DNA of 64,000 nucleotides from Podarcis bocagei. Lineage: Eukaryota. Both the position numbers and the translations under genes were made by a program. The first letter of the stretch is position 1. Every line of letters starts with the position of its first letter. The notes under the pieces were generated by a model that ran no database searches, had not been told where the DNA came from, and was given only the letters and a program-made list of their open reading frames with translations. The stretch is taken from NCBI GenBank assembly GCA_964188305.1, contig OZ076889.1; one strand, given 5' to 3'. Shown in pieces: positions 49,193 to 62,518 of this stretch.

Positions 49193-52100
49193 CTGTCAAA
49201 AACATCTGGCCAAAGTGCAGCTAGAGGGTGAATCTTAAGTCCACTGTTGCATTTCACCAGTACCCTAGTGCCAGTTCTAATTCTTTTCTGTTGGCACCTG
49301 AAGAAAATGTCTCTGAACATCTACCTCTTTGCTCAGCTGAGCAAGCAAAGAAAGTCTCCTCTGTTGGTGGTGGGATTTCCCCGCCCCCACCCTCTCTTTC
49401 TCGGAAAGGTTCAAACAGAGGAACTGGTATGTGAAACTGTAGAGGCCAAATACTTTGAAAGGACCATATACCTGTTTCTGGAAGGAAAGCTGGAGAAAAT
49501 TGTGATCACACTGTACTGAAAAGCCTGACACTCTCCACCATTTTTGGACAGGGAAATGCTAGCAGCATGCCCCTGCACTGTATATCTAAAATATTTCTAT
49601 AGCACACCAACTTATTGCACTTATTTTGACCTCTAGCCCTTGGCTTTCTTTCTAGTAAGATATCTTGAATAACCAAGTGCCTATTTGCAAAGGCAGGACA
49701 GGCCTTAAACTTACCCTGCAAAGTTCCTAGCTGTCCCATCTTGAGCACCTGAACCTGCCTCAGACCCTTGGTCTGCCTGCTCTTGACCTGCAGTGGGTTT
49801 CCAGTGTCCTCCTTCCCTGCTCTGTTCACTGATCCTTCTTAATAGGACTTTCAGGGGATTGAATGTGGAACCTTCTACATGCAGAGCATGTGTTCTGCCA
49901 TTGAGCTATATCACCTCCCCAGTAATGCACAAGGACGTCTCTGCACCGTTGACTGAAATACACATTGATCTTTAAGACCTGTGGGGAACTCCAGCAGTCA
50001 TTCGCCATCCTCCAGTGTTAAATACATTTCATTTAACTCTCTTTGACAATGCTGGAAGCCATTGGTGCCTCTCACCAGGCCCAGTTAACAGCCGTGGATA
50101 TTAAAACTAACATTTACTCCAATGCCGGTCATAAATCATGGCTCTGTGAGGGCTATGTAGAGAAGATTGAACTGCCCCAGCTTTCTATGCACTTCTCTCT
50201 CTTTTTTAAAATTAGTTCAACACCTTTGTCAGGCACAGACTCTTTATTTTTGATCTGTGAAAAATGAACCAGGGGGAAACACACTTCATCAAGATTATAT
50301 ACTTTGAAAGCTCTTTCCGGGTGACTGCTGTGCAGTTAAGCTACAGGTAAAGAGCTAGGGGAACAAAAGGGGAACACAAGGGGATTTAGCCACACAGTTT
50401 GATGCTGCTTGGATAAAGAAGTAAATTGCTGTTGTGCATTCAGCCTTATGAACTTTGGAACTGGATTTTTCATGAGCCTATGTGCCCCATAATTCTCTGT
50501 TCAAATGAATATTTGCTTGGAAAGAGCTGATTGACTAGATAACCACTATTTATTTGAAAGCCATAATATTTGATCCTGGTTCTCATGTCTTGTTCCTGTT
50601 TTGCAACTGAATGTGTGAACTGCCTTGATTCCAAAGTGTTCTTGCTTGATATGATGGAAATTTGTACAAAAGCGCTGTCTGTGGTAGTTGTTTGATACAT
50701 ACATGTCGTTGCTAGATGTTGTGGTTATTGCATTTATAAAATCTTCCTAAGCAGGGGCCAGACTTCAGTAGAAATGGAGTACAGGATCATAAGTCCTTTA
50801 TTGGTGGTTTTATTATGTTGCCATTTTACTGTACAAGCTCCAAGTTGGAGAAATCACTGTGCAATCACAAATAGCGAGATGGTGGACACCTGTTTCCTAA
50901 AATAGCTTTGCTCTTGCCTAATATGAAGATGATGATGTTTCATTTCAGAGATGTGCAGTATTCTGAGAGGGTGTTAATATGTCTTGCATCTAGGTAAACT
51001 CTTAATCAGGTCTAGGCCTTAAGACATCACAGAACTCCCTTTGTTAAGGGACTGGTATCACTTAAGCAGTAAAGTGGTACATTGTTTAAGTCCATTTCCT
51101 TTGTTTTTATGGCCAGAGTTCCTATGCCCCTTTCTATTTGCATGGCATGTATAACTGTAACAGGTACATTGATGGAGGGAGCAGTATTTGTTGATTTTCT
51201 GCTCATCTTGTAGCTGTTCAGGATGTTGAACATAGGAGTACTGCCAGATAAAAGTGGCAGTCCTTGTACCACTTTAGGAATTCTCCCTCCACTTGCATTT
51301 ACCATGTAAAGGTTGTGTCTGCAGAAGCCTGAAGATTAAGTGTCATGTCTGGCTGAGCTTTCTGCATATTAGCCAGCGAAAAAGCAGCAGTGAAGAAGAT
51401 ATTGGCCAGTTTCACACCCATTGTTAATCTGAGTCCAGTTGCTGCAGATGATATTCCTTCACTAGACTAACTTTGCATTCTCTAGAGATAAAGCATTCTT
51501 CCACCTTCAGAATAATAATTATTGTTATTATTATTATTTGCCTTGATGAACACCTAATTGATTAACTGAAACTAGTGGTCAGTATTTTTTAAAGTATTTG
51601 CGGTATTGTTTTTAAAAATACTATTTGAATTCTTCTGGCTCGGGGGCAGGTACCCTGCAGATGTTACATCTTCCCATCTTCCCTGACTAGTGGGCTGACA
51701 ATTGGGATCCAGCAGCATCTGGAGGCACCACATTGCCTGCCTTTGCTCTGTGCCTTTGTAAGTGGCCAGTTTTGCCTCATGTGACTGAATTAATGGTTAG
51801 AGAAAGCACAGATATGGAGTTGAAAAGGGAAGAAAGTGCCTATTTCCTGCCTGATGAATTTGAGTTCTGGGGTGTTATAATTTTAAAATGCTCACAATGG
51901 TGCTTGCCTCTTCAGATTCTCCAGCATAATATAGGATGGTCATAAGCTACGAGAAATAATAGTAATATACATGAGCAAATGGCAAAGTGTGCATTAATAA
52001 GATCTATACTGATTTTACAGCTAATTGAAGAAAAGCTCCCTTGTATGTTCTTGAGTTATGGGAGTGACACTCTGCCAATTTCCTACCATTTGGATAGTAG

Positions 52101-52400
52101 AAAAGGTGTCTTGTCTTAATTGGTCTCTAACATACCGGTAACTGATTCTGCCACTGTTTTGCTCTTGCTGACAGGCAATCTCATTTCCTACAGCAGAATA
52201 CCACAATTAATATGGGGCAGTAGATTCTGTGTGGATAGGAAGCAAGGCATGCTTCAGCTGTGATTGCACAACACTGGATGGGCTCTCTTTTTTAACATGC
52301 ATTTAAACATGGCATGTCACCAAAGGACTAATGTCAACTCTATTACTATGTAATCCATTTCTCACTCATTTTGTGTTTTAATCAAATAATGTTTGTAAAA
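49193..52400 (+). other. NRAS: Probable NRAS terminal 3' UTR exon (3' end uncertain)
   Basis: Branch point ACTAAC 49165-49170 plus tctctttgtttcAG acceptor; donor CAG|GTGGGT 4 nt after the stop codon, as in mammalian NRAS. No canonical AATAAA located, so the end is approximate. Confidence 0.5.
49795..49920 (-). mobile_element. Degenerate Squam3-like SINE head
   Basis: Minus strand GGGGAGGTGATATAGCTCAATGGCAGAACACATGCTCTGCATGTAGAAGG resembles the 8922 copy. Confidence 0.55.
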
Positions 52401-54530
52401 AAATTCTAAAATATATCGATATTATTCCTTGGTGTGTGTGTAATTCTTATTATCCATTTCATTTCTATACTGCTTTATATTTTTAAGGGGAAAACAAATC
52501 TCAAAGCGGCTTGCAACCTTGGGATACTAGTAGTAACTTCTAAGTGGCAAAGAAGTATGAGCCTTCTTAAAAGTCAGTGTAATCTATAAGTAATGACGGA
52601 GTGATCTGGACTGGTCTGAACCCTATATTACTCAATCAAGCCACAGCAAGCCTGCTGCTGTGTCATAGACTCTGTCTGACAGTAAGGAAATTGATTTACA
52701 CTTATCTGTCTTTATCTTCACCTCCTACTTGCTTTAGAGAAGTCTCTCATGGGAGAAGTCTCTAGGTTTCCTGTTCTCTCTTCAGCTTAGAGGGTTTTCC
52801 CCTTCCTAAATCATACTTTGTAGCTGGACTAGAGATTCTCCATTAGTTATACATGGGTGATGGTGGAAAGTTCCTGAGTAAAGGCTGTTATGAAAGCTAG
52901 CATGGTGTAGTGGTCAGAATGTCAGACTGGAGGAGATCTGGGTTCAAATCCCCAGTCAGCCATTATGCTTACTTGGCCCAATTACTCAGCATAGTCTTCA
53001 CAGGCTTGTGTCTTTTACCTTAAGGGGCATCGCTTTTCCTAAGGGAGCACAAAGCTACAATTTCTCCTATGTCCACAGACTACAGTCTGATTAGTGGGAT
53101 AAGCCCATCTGGACAAACAAGACTTCTGTTGTTGGGAATTTAGAGCCTATAATCCTACCTCTGCCAAGCACTTGCACTTTCTGCTTTTGAAAGGGCTGCA
53201 GTGGATCCAGTTTATCTTCAATATGAGTTCAAAACTTTTTTGGGGTTAGTTGTCATGGATAACAAACCCTAGCCTGCTTCTACCCTAAAGTCACATTTTT
53301 GCATATGGGTCAGCGGTCGCTCAGAAATGTGGATTATCTGTTTCTAGGTGAGTAATACCTACATGTTGCTTAGTCTTCAGATTTTAGTGATCTTTGCCAC
53401 CCCTTTTCTAGGTGCCCAGGACCCTTAATTCCTAGACTCGCTTGCCATGTTGACACATTTTCTGGGATTTGCAAGCTTCTCTCACAGGAGCTCAAGAGGA
53501 AAGCATAAATGCACTTTGATGGGTACTGCAAAATGATAAGCAACAAAGCCAGAAAGGTTTTCATGAGAACGTTGTTTTACCTCTTTGTTGCAGAAGTTTG
53601 GTTCTGTAGAAGCAGTGTGAAGAAGCTAATTTGAAGGAGAAACACTAACCAGGAAAATGTTATGCAGGACGTGTCCTACCAGCTTTCTTTGAATCATAGT
53701 GGCTGGGTAGAACAATTACAGAACTGTACTGTTGAATTGGTACACTAAATGGGCAGAGGATTTTTTGTGCTTTTTTTTTTTTTTGGTAACTATAAGAGCC
53801 CATCCCTTTCCTCTAAAGTAGGAATGGGAAACCTGTGGCACTCCAGGTATTATTGAACTTGCCTCAGCCAGCATGGCCAATGCTCAGGGATGACAAAGTC
53901 AAAAACAACCTATCAAAAGCAGTTCTCATTCCTCCTCTAAAGCTTCTGCAGGTGTGTTACTCTGGTATAAATTATCAGAAAGGAGCAAGCAGAATCTACG
54001 TATGTTTACTTCTCCCTAAATACTGGAGCTGGCTGGTGGCTTTCAATGCTTGCCACGCAGAGGAAATCCAATCCCTTAGTTATCTGATATGACCACATGC
54101 AAGTGTGACTTGGACAAGGGCTGTTGCTTCAAGAAAGAGTAGTAAGAGCTAGTCTGTGATGTGTGGACTATTTGTGCGAGTGTACAAACAGAAACAGCAT
54201 TTCCCATACTTCTGCTAAAGGTCACAATTTGTTTTTATGAATTAAAATCAGGCAGAGCACTCACGGCAATATCTGAATTAAAATGAAGCTTTGCCGCTAA
54301 GAGTGAGACCTTACATTTGAACCCTGATTGTAGAGTTGGAAGTGATTGTGAGCATCATCTAGTCCACCCCCTGCAATGCAGGAATTACTATTGCACTGGG
54401 GAAATGTCTGTGCAGCGCACTTCTCCCATTCGTTTGCTTCCCTCTTTCTTTTTCCTAGTGTAAAGTATGAAGCCTTTCCCTAGATGTACCTGAGCTGACG
54501 TTGTCCTCAGCTGCCACTTTGTTTCAGCAC

Positions 54531-54918
54531 AGGATCCGGGTGGTGCTGTGGTCTAAAACCACTGAGCTTCTTGGGCTTGCCGATTAGAAAGTCGGCGGTT
54601 TGAATCCCCACAACAGGGTGAGCTCCCATTGCTCTGTCCTAGTTCCTGCCAACCTAGCAGTTCGAAACCACACTAGTGCAAGTAGATAAATAGGTACCAT
54701 TGTGGCGGGGAAGGTAAACAGTGTTTCCATGCGCTCTGGTTTCCACCACGGTGTCCCGTTGTGTCAGAAGTGGTTTAGTCATGCTGGCCACATGACTCAG
54801 AAAGCTGTCTGCAGACAAACGCCCGCTCCGTTGGCCTGAAGCAAGATGAGTTCCGCAACCCCTTAGTCGCCTTTGACTGGACTTAACCGTCCAGGGGTCC
54901 TTTACCTTTTACCTTACC
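54531..54918 (+). mobile_element. Sauria SINE
   Basis: Head GGATCCGGGTGGTGCTGTGG, conserved AGTAGATAAATAGGTACC core, ACCTT tail; duplication TTGTTTCAGCA at 54519-54529 and 54919-54929. Confidence 0.9.
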
Positions 54919-56159
54919 TTGTTTCAGCATGGAATATACACATTAGTCTCAGCAGCACCCTAGTTCTGTGCATCAACAGCCGCTTCAGCCTGAATGTTTA
55001 ATGTCAAAAAGCCTGCCACATCTTGGTGTCATACATGAAAAGAACAGAAGCCCAAACTGCTTAGGTTAAGAATCTTGGTCTTGAAACTATTGGATTTTTG
55101 CATACACATGTATGCCAGGAGAAGTTAGGCAGTGAAACTTCCCAGCCAAGGAGGAAAATGTACTTTTAATAAAGCCCTGCCAATGGGACACAGCCATCAT
55201 GGAGCACAAGGGTCTATCTGCTCTGCTCATATCCTCACATTCTCTGTTCACCCTTTTCCTTCTGACCCCAAGGAAGCTTAGCTAGTTAATTTGATATTCT
55301 GGATAAAAGAAGGCGCAAGAACTCAAAAGAGAATTAACAAGACTGTAGAGCCTGAAGGTCATTCTTGGTTTCAGATGCAAATTTAATGCCGTTGACATTC
55401 AGCGCAGAAAGATTAGAAGCAAATGCACTCTTTATAGATAGCCATAGAGGGCAGATAGTTTGCGCATTCAAAAGAGTGAGCCATTGGGCTTGGCTGTAAG
55501 GTTGGGCTATATTGATGGGAAATAAGGAATTTGGAGCACCTGGTCAGAAGACATTGGTGACTGGAAATAGTTGTCGTGGTTGTACATCAGAAGCAAAGCA
55601 GTGTTTTAGGAAGGCCACTCAAATACTTGGCCCTGTTGCAGTAGTCATAATATTCATTTCTTGTGCTAGCCTTGCTTTAAAATTTGATTTTATATCCCAC
55701 CATTCTAGCCCTTAGGATGACATTTGCCAATTGAAGTTAGTTATAAAATACAATAACATTAAATAATGTAACATCATAAAACGGGTAGGCTCAGCAGGGG
55801 GTAGAGAAAACAAATGTACCACTGGCTACCACAGAAACTTGAGCGTCCATTCTCAGGAAGGATTGGAGCCATATAAAGCCATACAATAACATTTCAAAAA
55901 AGCACTAAACATATTTGGTATGTATTGATGAATTCAATATTTCTTAGTTTTGCCATGCAATCTTGCTCTAAGGGAGCAGAGTACCCACCGCTAGCCTGGA
56001 TTGATACAGATTTTGAAGAGGCAAAAAACTGCTTGAAAGGATACTGCAGATAAGTTCCAGTGCTGAACATATCCCAAAGGATTGTGGTGCAAAGTCAGTA
56101 CTTTTTTATTCAGTGCAAATAGTTGTGCTAATCTGGTCTCCATTCATGAGTCAGTGATA

Positions 56160-56420
56160 GGGGCCACCTGTGACCAACTCAAAAACACCCAGTCCTGGCC
56201 ATGATCCTGGCAACATTCTCTCATTTGTGGTGGGTGGAGCAGAGCTCCCAAATTTACTGCCCATACATCTCGGGACAAACAGAGTTAACCCCCAAGCCTG
56301 TAGCTTCACCTGTTAACAACTGAGACTTTGCCTGGCTGCAGCTTTAAATAGTCTGCTGCGTATTCCTTCACTCCTTTTAGACGAGGAGAGTTGGGTTACA
56401 AGAGCAGAGATAAATAGTAA
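56160..56420 (+). promoter_or_regulatory. AMPD1: AMPD1 muscle-type proximal promoter
   Basis: E-boxes CACCTG at 56165 and 56307, CAACTG at 56317; MEF2-like CTTTAAATAG 56342-56351; TATA-like ATAAATAG near 56410. Confidence 0.6.
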
Positions 56421-56509
56421 AATGAGTGTTGGGTGGTTGTGCATTTTCGTTCTTCTACTCATCCACGCCACACTTGGTTTCTCAGGACTCTCCTGAGGTA
56501 GTAGGGAAA

Positions 56510-56531
56510 ATGCCGAAGGTGAAAGTTCCAG
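56510..56531 (+). CDS. AMPD1: AMPD1 exon 1 coding part
   Basis: ATG CCG AAG GTG AAA GTT CCA G|GTAGGT: 22 nt, MPKVKVP, same length and phase as mammalian MPLFKLP. Confidence 0.85.
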
Positions 56532-58739
56532 GTAGGTCTAAATTCCCAAGTAGCCTTAGGCAAGTTGGGAGGAAGCCTTCTTTTATGATGAGGTCGGTGC
56601 CAATAGCCAGACTCTCAAGAATGGATTCACAAAGCAGCTCTGATTGCCTATTTAAGTTATGCAAGGCACAGGAGGTGGAAGGAGTGAGAGCCTGAGCCAT
56701 TAGCTTTCCCAATATGAGTAGTTTGGATAGACAGTCAGGCAAGTGGCTTTTAGGCCACAGAAGTGAAATTGGATGAGACCAGTCGATTCAGCAGAACCCA
56801 GTTTTGCTGTGTTAAAAATTTATCAGAGGTTGGATAAACTTCCACAGGAGCAGCCCTAGACATTGGTGTTTGCCAGATAAAAGAGAAATTAGAGGGTTTT
56901 CAGTAACCTTTAATGGCTTATCATTAGCAGCAAAGTAATTAAGACATGCACCAGGCTAGTAGTCAAAAGGGGGCTGGATTTAGCTTCTCTTTGTCAGCTC
57001 GTAAAAGACCTGAATAAACCCTCCTCGGAATATGTTGCCTTCCAACTCTGCGGTTCAGTGCTGTTACTAGCAGAATAGCAACATGGTCCAAGGAATCTAG
57101 AACAAAACTGATTAGATTTATTGCATTTTTTGAAGCAGCAGCAGCAACTATCCACATATTAAATCTAAGCCTTTGATAAGCTTAAAAATTACATAAATAA
57201 TCCTTTCAACTTGCTCTTATTTTGTTATGCTCCTAAAGGAACATTTCTTACAGCAAACAAAATGGGTTTAAAAAGTGTTTTGTCGCTTTTCTCTTTGTCC
57301 AATACTTCAAGTTGTTATCAAAGAGTTCAGTTCTCTCCCCCCCCCATATTAGTGTACAAAGATGCTTCCCTTTTAAATAAAAATACTGTAATAAATATCC
57401 ACAGCTCATAATCAAATATTCCTACAATGTCCATGCCACATGAACAGGTAGCCTCAGGTCTGTTGATTTCGTTTGACAGAATGCGAATGGTGCAATAGTT
57501 TCCCTTTGAGTATGACAGTTATATTTAACAAACAGACCTTGGTTCCAGTTTGTACTTTTGCATGGTTTTTTTTAAAGGTGAAGTATAGGAAGTTTTGCTG
57601 CTGTATCCTTTCACTTCCTTTGAGCAAGCGAGCTGAGAAGATGAATCCTACTGGTAGACATGCTAATAAATTGTCAGGGGAGAATTGAGCATTGATGGAC
57701 CTGTGCTTTTAATGGTAGAAATGTTGAATAATGCCCATAGGTGCCTACTAAGAAGACCTGGACCACATTTTTGTGTTGCACTTTCAACTGATATCTCACA
57801 CTAACTTTTTTTTAAAAACTGTCAGTCTGCACCCCTTTCGGATACAGTGGTATCTTCCATGCTTGGAAACACTCCAGCTAAGGGCTTGTACACACTTCTG
57901 CTTGACCTGTGATTTGTAGGCATGGATCTGAGCGGTTTCCCTCTTGCCTCGCTCCAGCCCCAGGGAAAACACACTCTCTAGTGCTAAATTGGAGCAAATG
58001 TCAATCTGGAGAAAACCTGAATTGCTGTTTGCCCTGATTGAGCGCTAATGAGTGGGGGAAAGCAGTGGAACAAAAGGAAGTGGGGTTAGGCCCTCAAACT
58101 AGTCTAGGCTGATTTTCTCCTTACCAAACAACTGTTCTACATACTAGGTTTTAGAATATTTGTGTGTGGACTAAAGGATTATCTTTTCATATTATTACTT
58201 TGGCATATATGAAAGGTGGTAATCAGAGTCATGCCCCAGACCACCATATGTTCACAGAGTTACCATTTGCAAAGAGAGTATTACATTTGTAGGCAAATGT
58301 TCCAAATCATGCATACAAGAAGCTATATACCTTCAGATGTACAAGCACAGAGTCTGTGAAAACAGTATTTTTTGAATACATGGAGTCATTGAGTTCAGGC
58401 CCTCACAAGCCCCTTCCATATGCTCACTTGTATCCAAATAAATGCATGGAAAGGGATATTGGTGGTGCCAATCCCTGGTTCTGAGGTAGAATTTAAAAGA
58501 CTGCATCCGTCATATCAGGATGTCTGGGCAAGTTGTCCCAAATTGCTTTCTTAACTGTTCTTTCTTCCCATTGTAGAGCTGTTCAACTACTATGGTATGT
58601 AGAGTATATATTTCTGCAAACATTTGCTCATTAAAAATGTTCGTTTCTGTATATAAATGTGGACAACGGGTTAAAAAAAAAACTTTAGGTGCTACATCCT
58701 GTGATCTGATTACATTTATTTTATTTCACTCTCAAACAG

Positions 58740-58751
58740 CAGAGGAGAAAC
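58740..58751 (+). CDS. AMPD1: AMPD1 12-nt mini-exon 2
   Basis: ctctcaaacAG|CAGAGGAGAAAC|GTGAGT, encoding (A)EEK(Q). Confidence 0.9.
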
Positions 58752-59109
58752 GTGAGTATAACTCGGCCTTCCTTGTGCCGCCTGCTGCTTTGTTAAGCAG
58801 TTGATCATATCCAAAAGACAAATGATCACAGCAACTCAGCGACTGTCCGTTTCTCAGCAGTCATTGCCAGGAGCTATTGATGCATCTGGGGTGAGGAAGA
58901 AAGCTTGTATGGGGCTTGGAGGAAGGCAGGGTGTCATAACGGGACCTGCATGGGGTGTGCTGTCCTCATGAGTCTGGATGATTCAGCCCTTCATCAAACC
59001 TGCCTTTTCAAGGAGCTCAGATACCTTCCTTTGAGTTGCAATACTAGGAAGGAATGCTGGAGCCCAGTTCTCTCCACCAAGTCTTTTACCTGGGCACCAA
59101 CTAGAGGCA

Positions 59110-59454
59110 GGGATGTGGGTTGCACTGTGGGTTAAACCACAGAGCCTAGGACTTGCTGATCAGAAGGTCAGTGGTTTGAATCCCTGCGATGGGGTGAGCT
59201 CCCGTTGCTCGGTCCCTGCTCCTGGCAACCTAGCAGTTCAAAAGCACGTCAAAGTGCAAGTAGATAAATAGGTACCGCTCTGGCAGGAAGGTAAACGGCG
59301 TTTTCTTGCTTCTCTGGTTCACCAGAAGCGGCTTATTCATGCTGGCCACATGACCCGGAAGCTGTACACCCTCGGCCAATAAAGCGAGATGAGCGCCGCA
59401 ACCCCAGAGTCAGCCACAACTGGACCTAATGGTCAGGGGTCCCTTTACCTTTAC
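59110..59454 (+). mobile_element. Sauria SINE
   Basis: Colinear with the 47366 copy; CCTTTACCTTTAC tail. Confidence 0.9.
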
Positions 59455-60576
59455 AACTAACTGGACCCTCAAAAGCACCCTGCTTGCAGGGAAAAGAGGA
59501 ACACGAGTGAATGGTTGAAGTTACTTGGTAGTGGGCCCACTTTGACTCTTGGGTTATATAGTTGGACTCTAAGGTTCTCTCCTCATTAAGCTCCTGGTAT
59601 ATGACTGCATTTCAACCTAAAAACTGGGCATTGGCACAGATTGCCCTTCTGAGAAATGGCTGTCTTTCTGGGCTGCCTGGCTACCGCTGGGTGCACAGGT
59701 GAGCATGAGCCACATTGCCCAGCAACCCCTGTGCGCAAGGGCATTTGCTGGGAACAATGTTGCTTCCGTGTTCTTGTGGAATTGAGATGTGGATCACTGG
59801 CTGCTTTGACAACACAAGAGGTCTCTAGGCAGGACTTAGGAGCTCGGAATAGGACGACAACCCCTTATGTCCAAACTTCTAGTCTGGTGTGAGTGTGGAC
59901 TTCATTCCCCGCTCAATCCCCATGCACATTGTCTGTTTGGAAAGTGGCATTGCATGAACTTGCCATTTGCATGGCCTCTGGCATTCCCATCTCATTGTCA
60001 TGATACCCTATGCTCTTCCTGCTTATTCCACTTGCATATCTCCTGCTGAACCAGATTACTTCCCTGCTTCCTCAATGTCCACCATTAAAGCAGTGCTTGC
60101 ACAAACATGCCCTTCTGATAGCCTACGTGTGTGGATGGTTTACAGTGATTGAGATATTAAATTCTTATAGAAAAGCATTTTCTCGGCAGCAAAATAGTCA
60201 CCGATCACCAAAACATTTTACTATATGAATTTAATGTATCCAATAAACTAATCCCATTAGTGCAAGGATTTCCATTTGGGCAATGGAACTTTCCCTCCTC
60301 CTCCTCCCCACCCCCATTTCTTCCCCAAATCTGCTCCAAAGAGTTGGAGAAAACTTCAGAACAGATTTAGGGGACGCTCAAAGAAAGCAAGAGAGGAGAG
60401 GTTCTGTTGCACAGTCCAAAGTCCTTGCACTAAGAGAACCACTTTGCTGGGTACCACCCAATATATCTGTTTTGTTAGTCACTGTAATAAATATATGCTT
60501 TTAATAATTAATTTCATCCTTCCAAAATCCAGAGCAACACACACACACACACACCCCTGCAGCCTTTTGTATGATA

Positions 60577-60818
60577 CAGTCGTACCTTGGTTGTTGAACT
60601 TAATCTGTTCCGGGAGTCCGTTCGACTCCCGAAATGGTTCAAAAACCAAGGCGTAGCTTCCGATTGGCTGCAGGAGCTTCCTGCACTCAATTGGAAGCTG
60701 CGTCAGATGTTCAGCTTCCGAAAAACATTCACAAACCGGAACACTCACTTTCGGGTTTGCAGCATTCAGGAGCCAAAACGTCTGAGTACCAAGGCGTTTG
60801 AGAACCAAGGTATGACTG
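60577..60818. mobile_element. Tigger-like MITE
   Basis: TA|CAGTCGTACCTTGGTT...AACCAAGGTATGACTG|TA. Confidence 0.85.
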
Positions 60819-62065
60819 TACTAAGGCTGCAGTTCTTGGCACACTTACTCGGGTGATGGTGACTTTTACTTGTGAGTAAACATGCATAGAATTGGACAGT
60901 AAGTCATAGCCAATGCTTGATTCTCAGCAGACGTGACTATCCTGTGAAACACCATAACCTGAAAGGTCTCACACTATCCATACTCAGAAGGACCTGTACA
61001 GATCTGTATAACATATCCTTTCATGGGACTGTACCTGCATACACCACCATTGCTGGCTACAACAAGAAACATCATGCAGTAGTCTCAGGCTGTTTGAAAG
61101 ATCAGAGCCTGCCTTTTGGAGCTCTGACCCCACAGTTATTTGTGAGCACTCCTTATTGTGCACCTTGAGATCTCTAAGCAGAAACATCTATGACTGTTGC
61201 CCTTTCCTGTACACGTTGCTCAGTGGCAGAAGGGTGATATCCAGGCTCTGATTTCCACAAAAACGGGCTAAGACTACAATGAGGAAGCCCAAAACAGGTA
61301 AGACACTTCTTTTCTAAGTCACCTGGTTTCACATTAGCTTGGAATTTAGTTTAGATCCAGTTCACAGTCCAAAGCAGGTTGCACCCACTATGGTGATGCC
61401 ATCTACACTTACTGGCTGAGAAAGCCAAACCTATCAGTCCAAATTCAGCTTCATTCTTATTCTCATTGCCATGACAGCATACTCAGTGTAGAGAGGCACA
61501 AACATTTCCAGACTATGGAGAAACGCAGACTCTAACCACCCAGAATCTAGAGCCATGAGTGGATACCAAGAGAAGCTTGTCAGTCTTCACCTCCATGAAG
61601 CATTTATGCACCCCAACATGTCCATGGTTCGTCACTGGTGTTTCACCTTTCCTCACTGAAGCCCTGGAATCTCGCTGTAAAAGGTTATCAGTAGAAGTAC
61701 TAAGAATACTATCTGCTTAAAACCCTGCAGCAACATTGAGTCAAAGTAGACTATGTTGAGGCTGATGGATCAATTGTGTGACACATGATACGGAAGCTTT
61801 GTAAATACTCTGCAGCCCTGTAGCTGCATTCTCCCCTAGAACTATCAAGCTGCATCCAGGAATGTGGTGCAGGTAAGTCTTCAGTTTCAGAGCACATGTG
61901 ACATACTGTTTTAGCCTGTCAGTTCCCTGTCATGCGTACAAAGAGAATGCAGGCATGAGGTGGCCTCTGAGTGCACACAGGGCTGGTGTGCTGAGTGACG
62001 CAATTGATCCATCCTCCCGCAATGACCAAGAGCTGGCCTAGTGACCTTCTGCTTTCTCCTGACAG

Positions 62066-62243
62066 AAACGGATGATGCCATGCGCTCCTTCGCAGAGAAG
62101 GTCTTTGCCTCAGAGGTGAAGGATGAAGGGGGCCGGCACGAAATCTCTCCCTTTGATGTGGAGGATGTCTGCCCCATATCACATCATGAAATGCAACAGC
62201 ATATGATCAACGAGGAGGAGAGTTCAAGTGACACTGGGAAAAA
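62066..62243 (+). CDS. AMPD1: AMPD1 exon 3
   Basis: TDDAMRSFAEKVFASEVKDEGGRHEISPFDVEDVCPISHHEMQQHMINEEESSSDTGK; donor GTGAGA. Confidence 0.95.
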
Positions 62244-62518
62244 GTGAGAGTTCTGTATGTGTGCATGCACTGCTGGGATAATGGGAAATTGGGGCTGAGG
62301 AAGGAGGAGCCATGAAAGATTGGATGGGTAACCTAGTAAGGTGTGGCTGAGATAGATCCTGTGCCAGATGTGTGCTGATCACAGTACCTCTGAAGCATCA
62401 TAATGCAGGTGCCAGATACACTTGCACTCACACTAAGGAAAGGTGGCAACGGATGTGAAAAGAGCTGGTTCCTGAACCTTGGAAGACTTGCGTTTATGGG
62501 AAACTACAGAGTGGCTGT

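Noticed and set aside
56426-56742. 89-aa and 86-aa ORFs over AMPD1 exon 1
   Set aside because: Only the 22 nt from ATG 56510 to the donor match AMPD1; the rest is UTR or intron.
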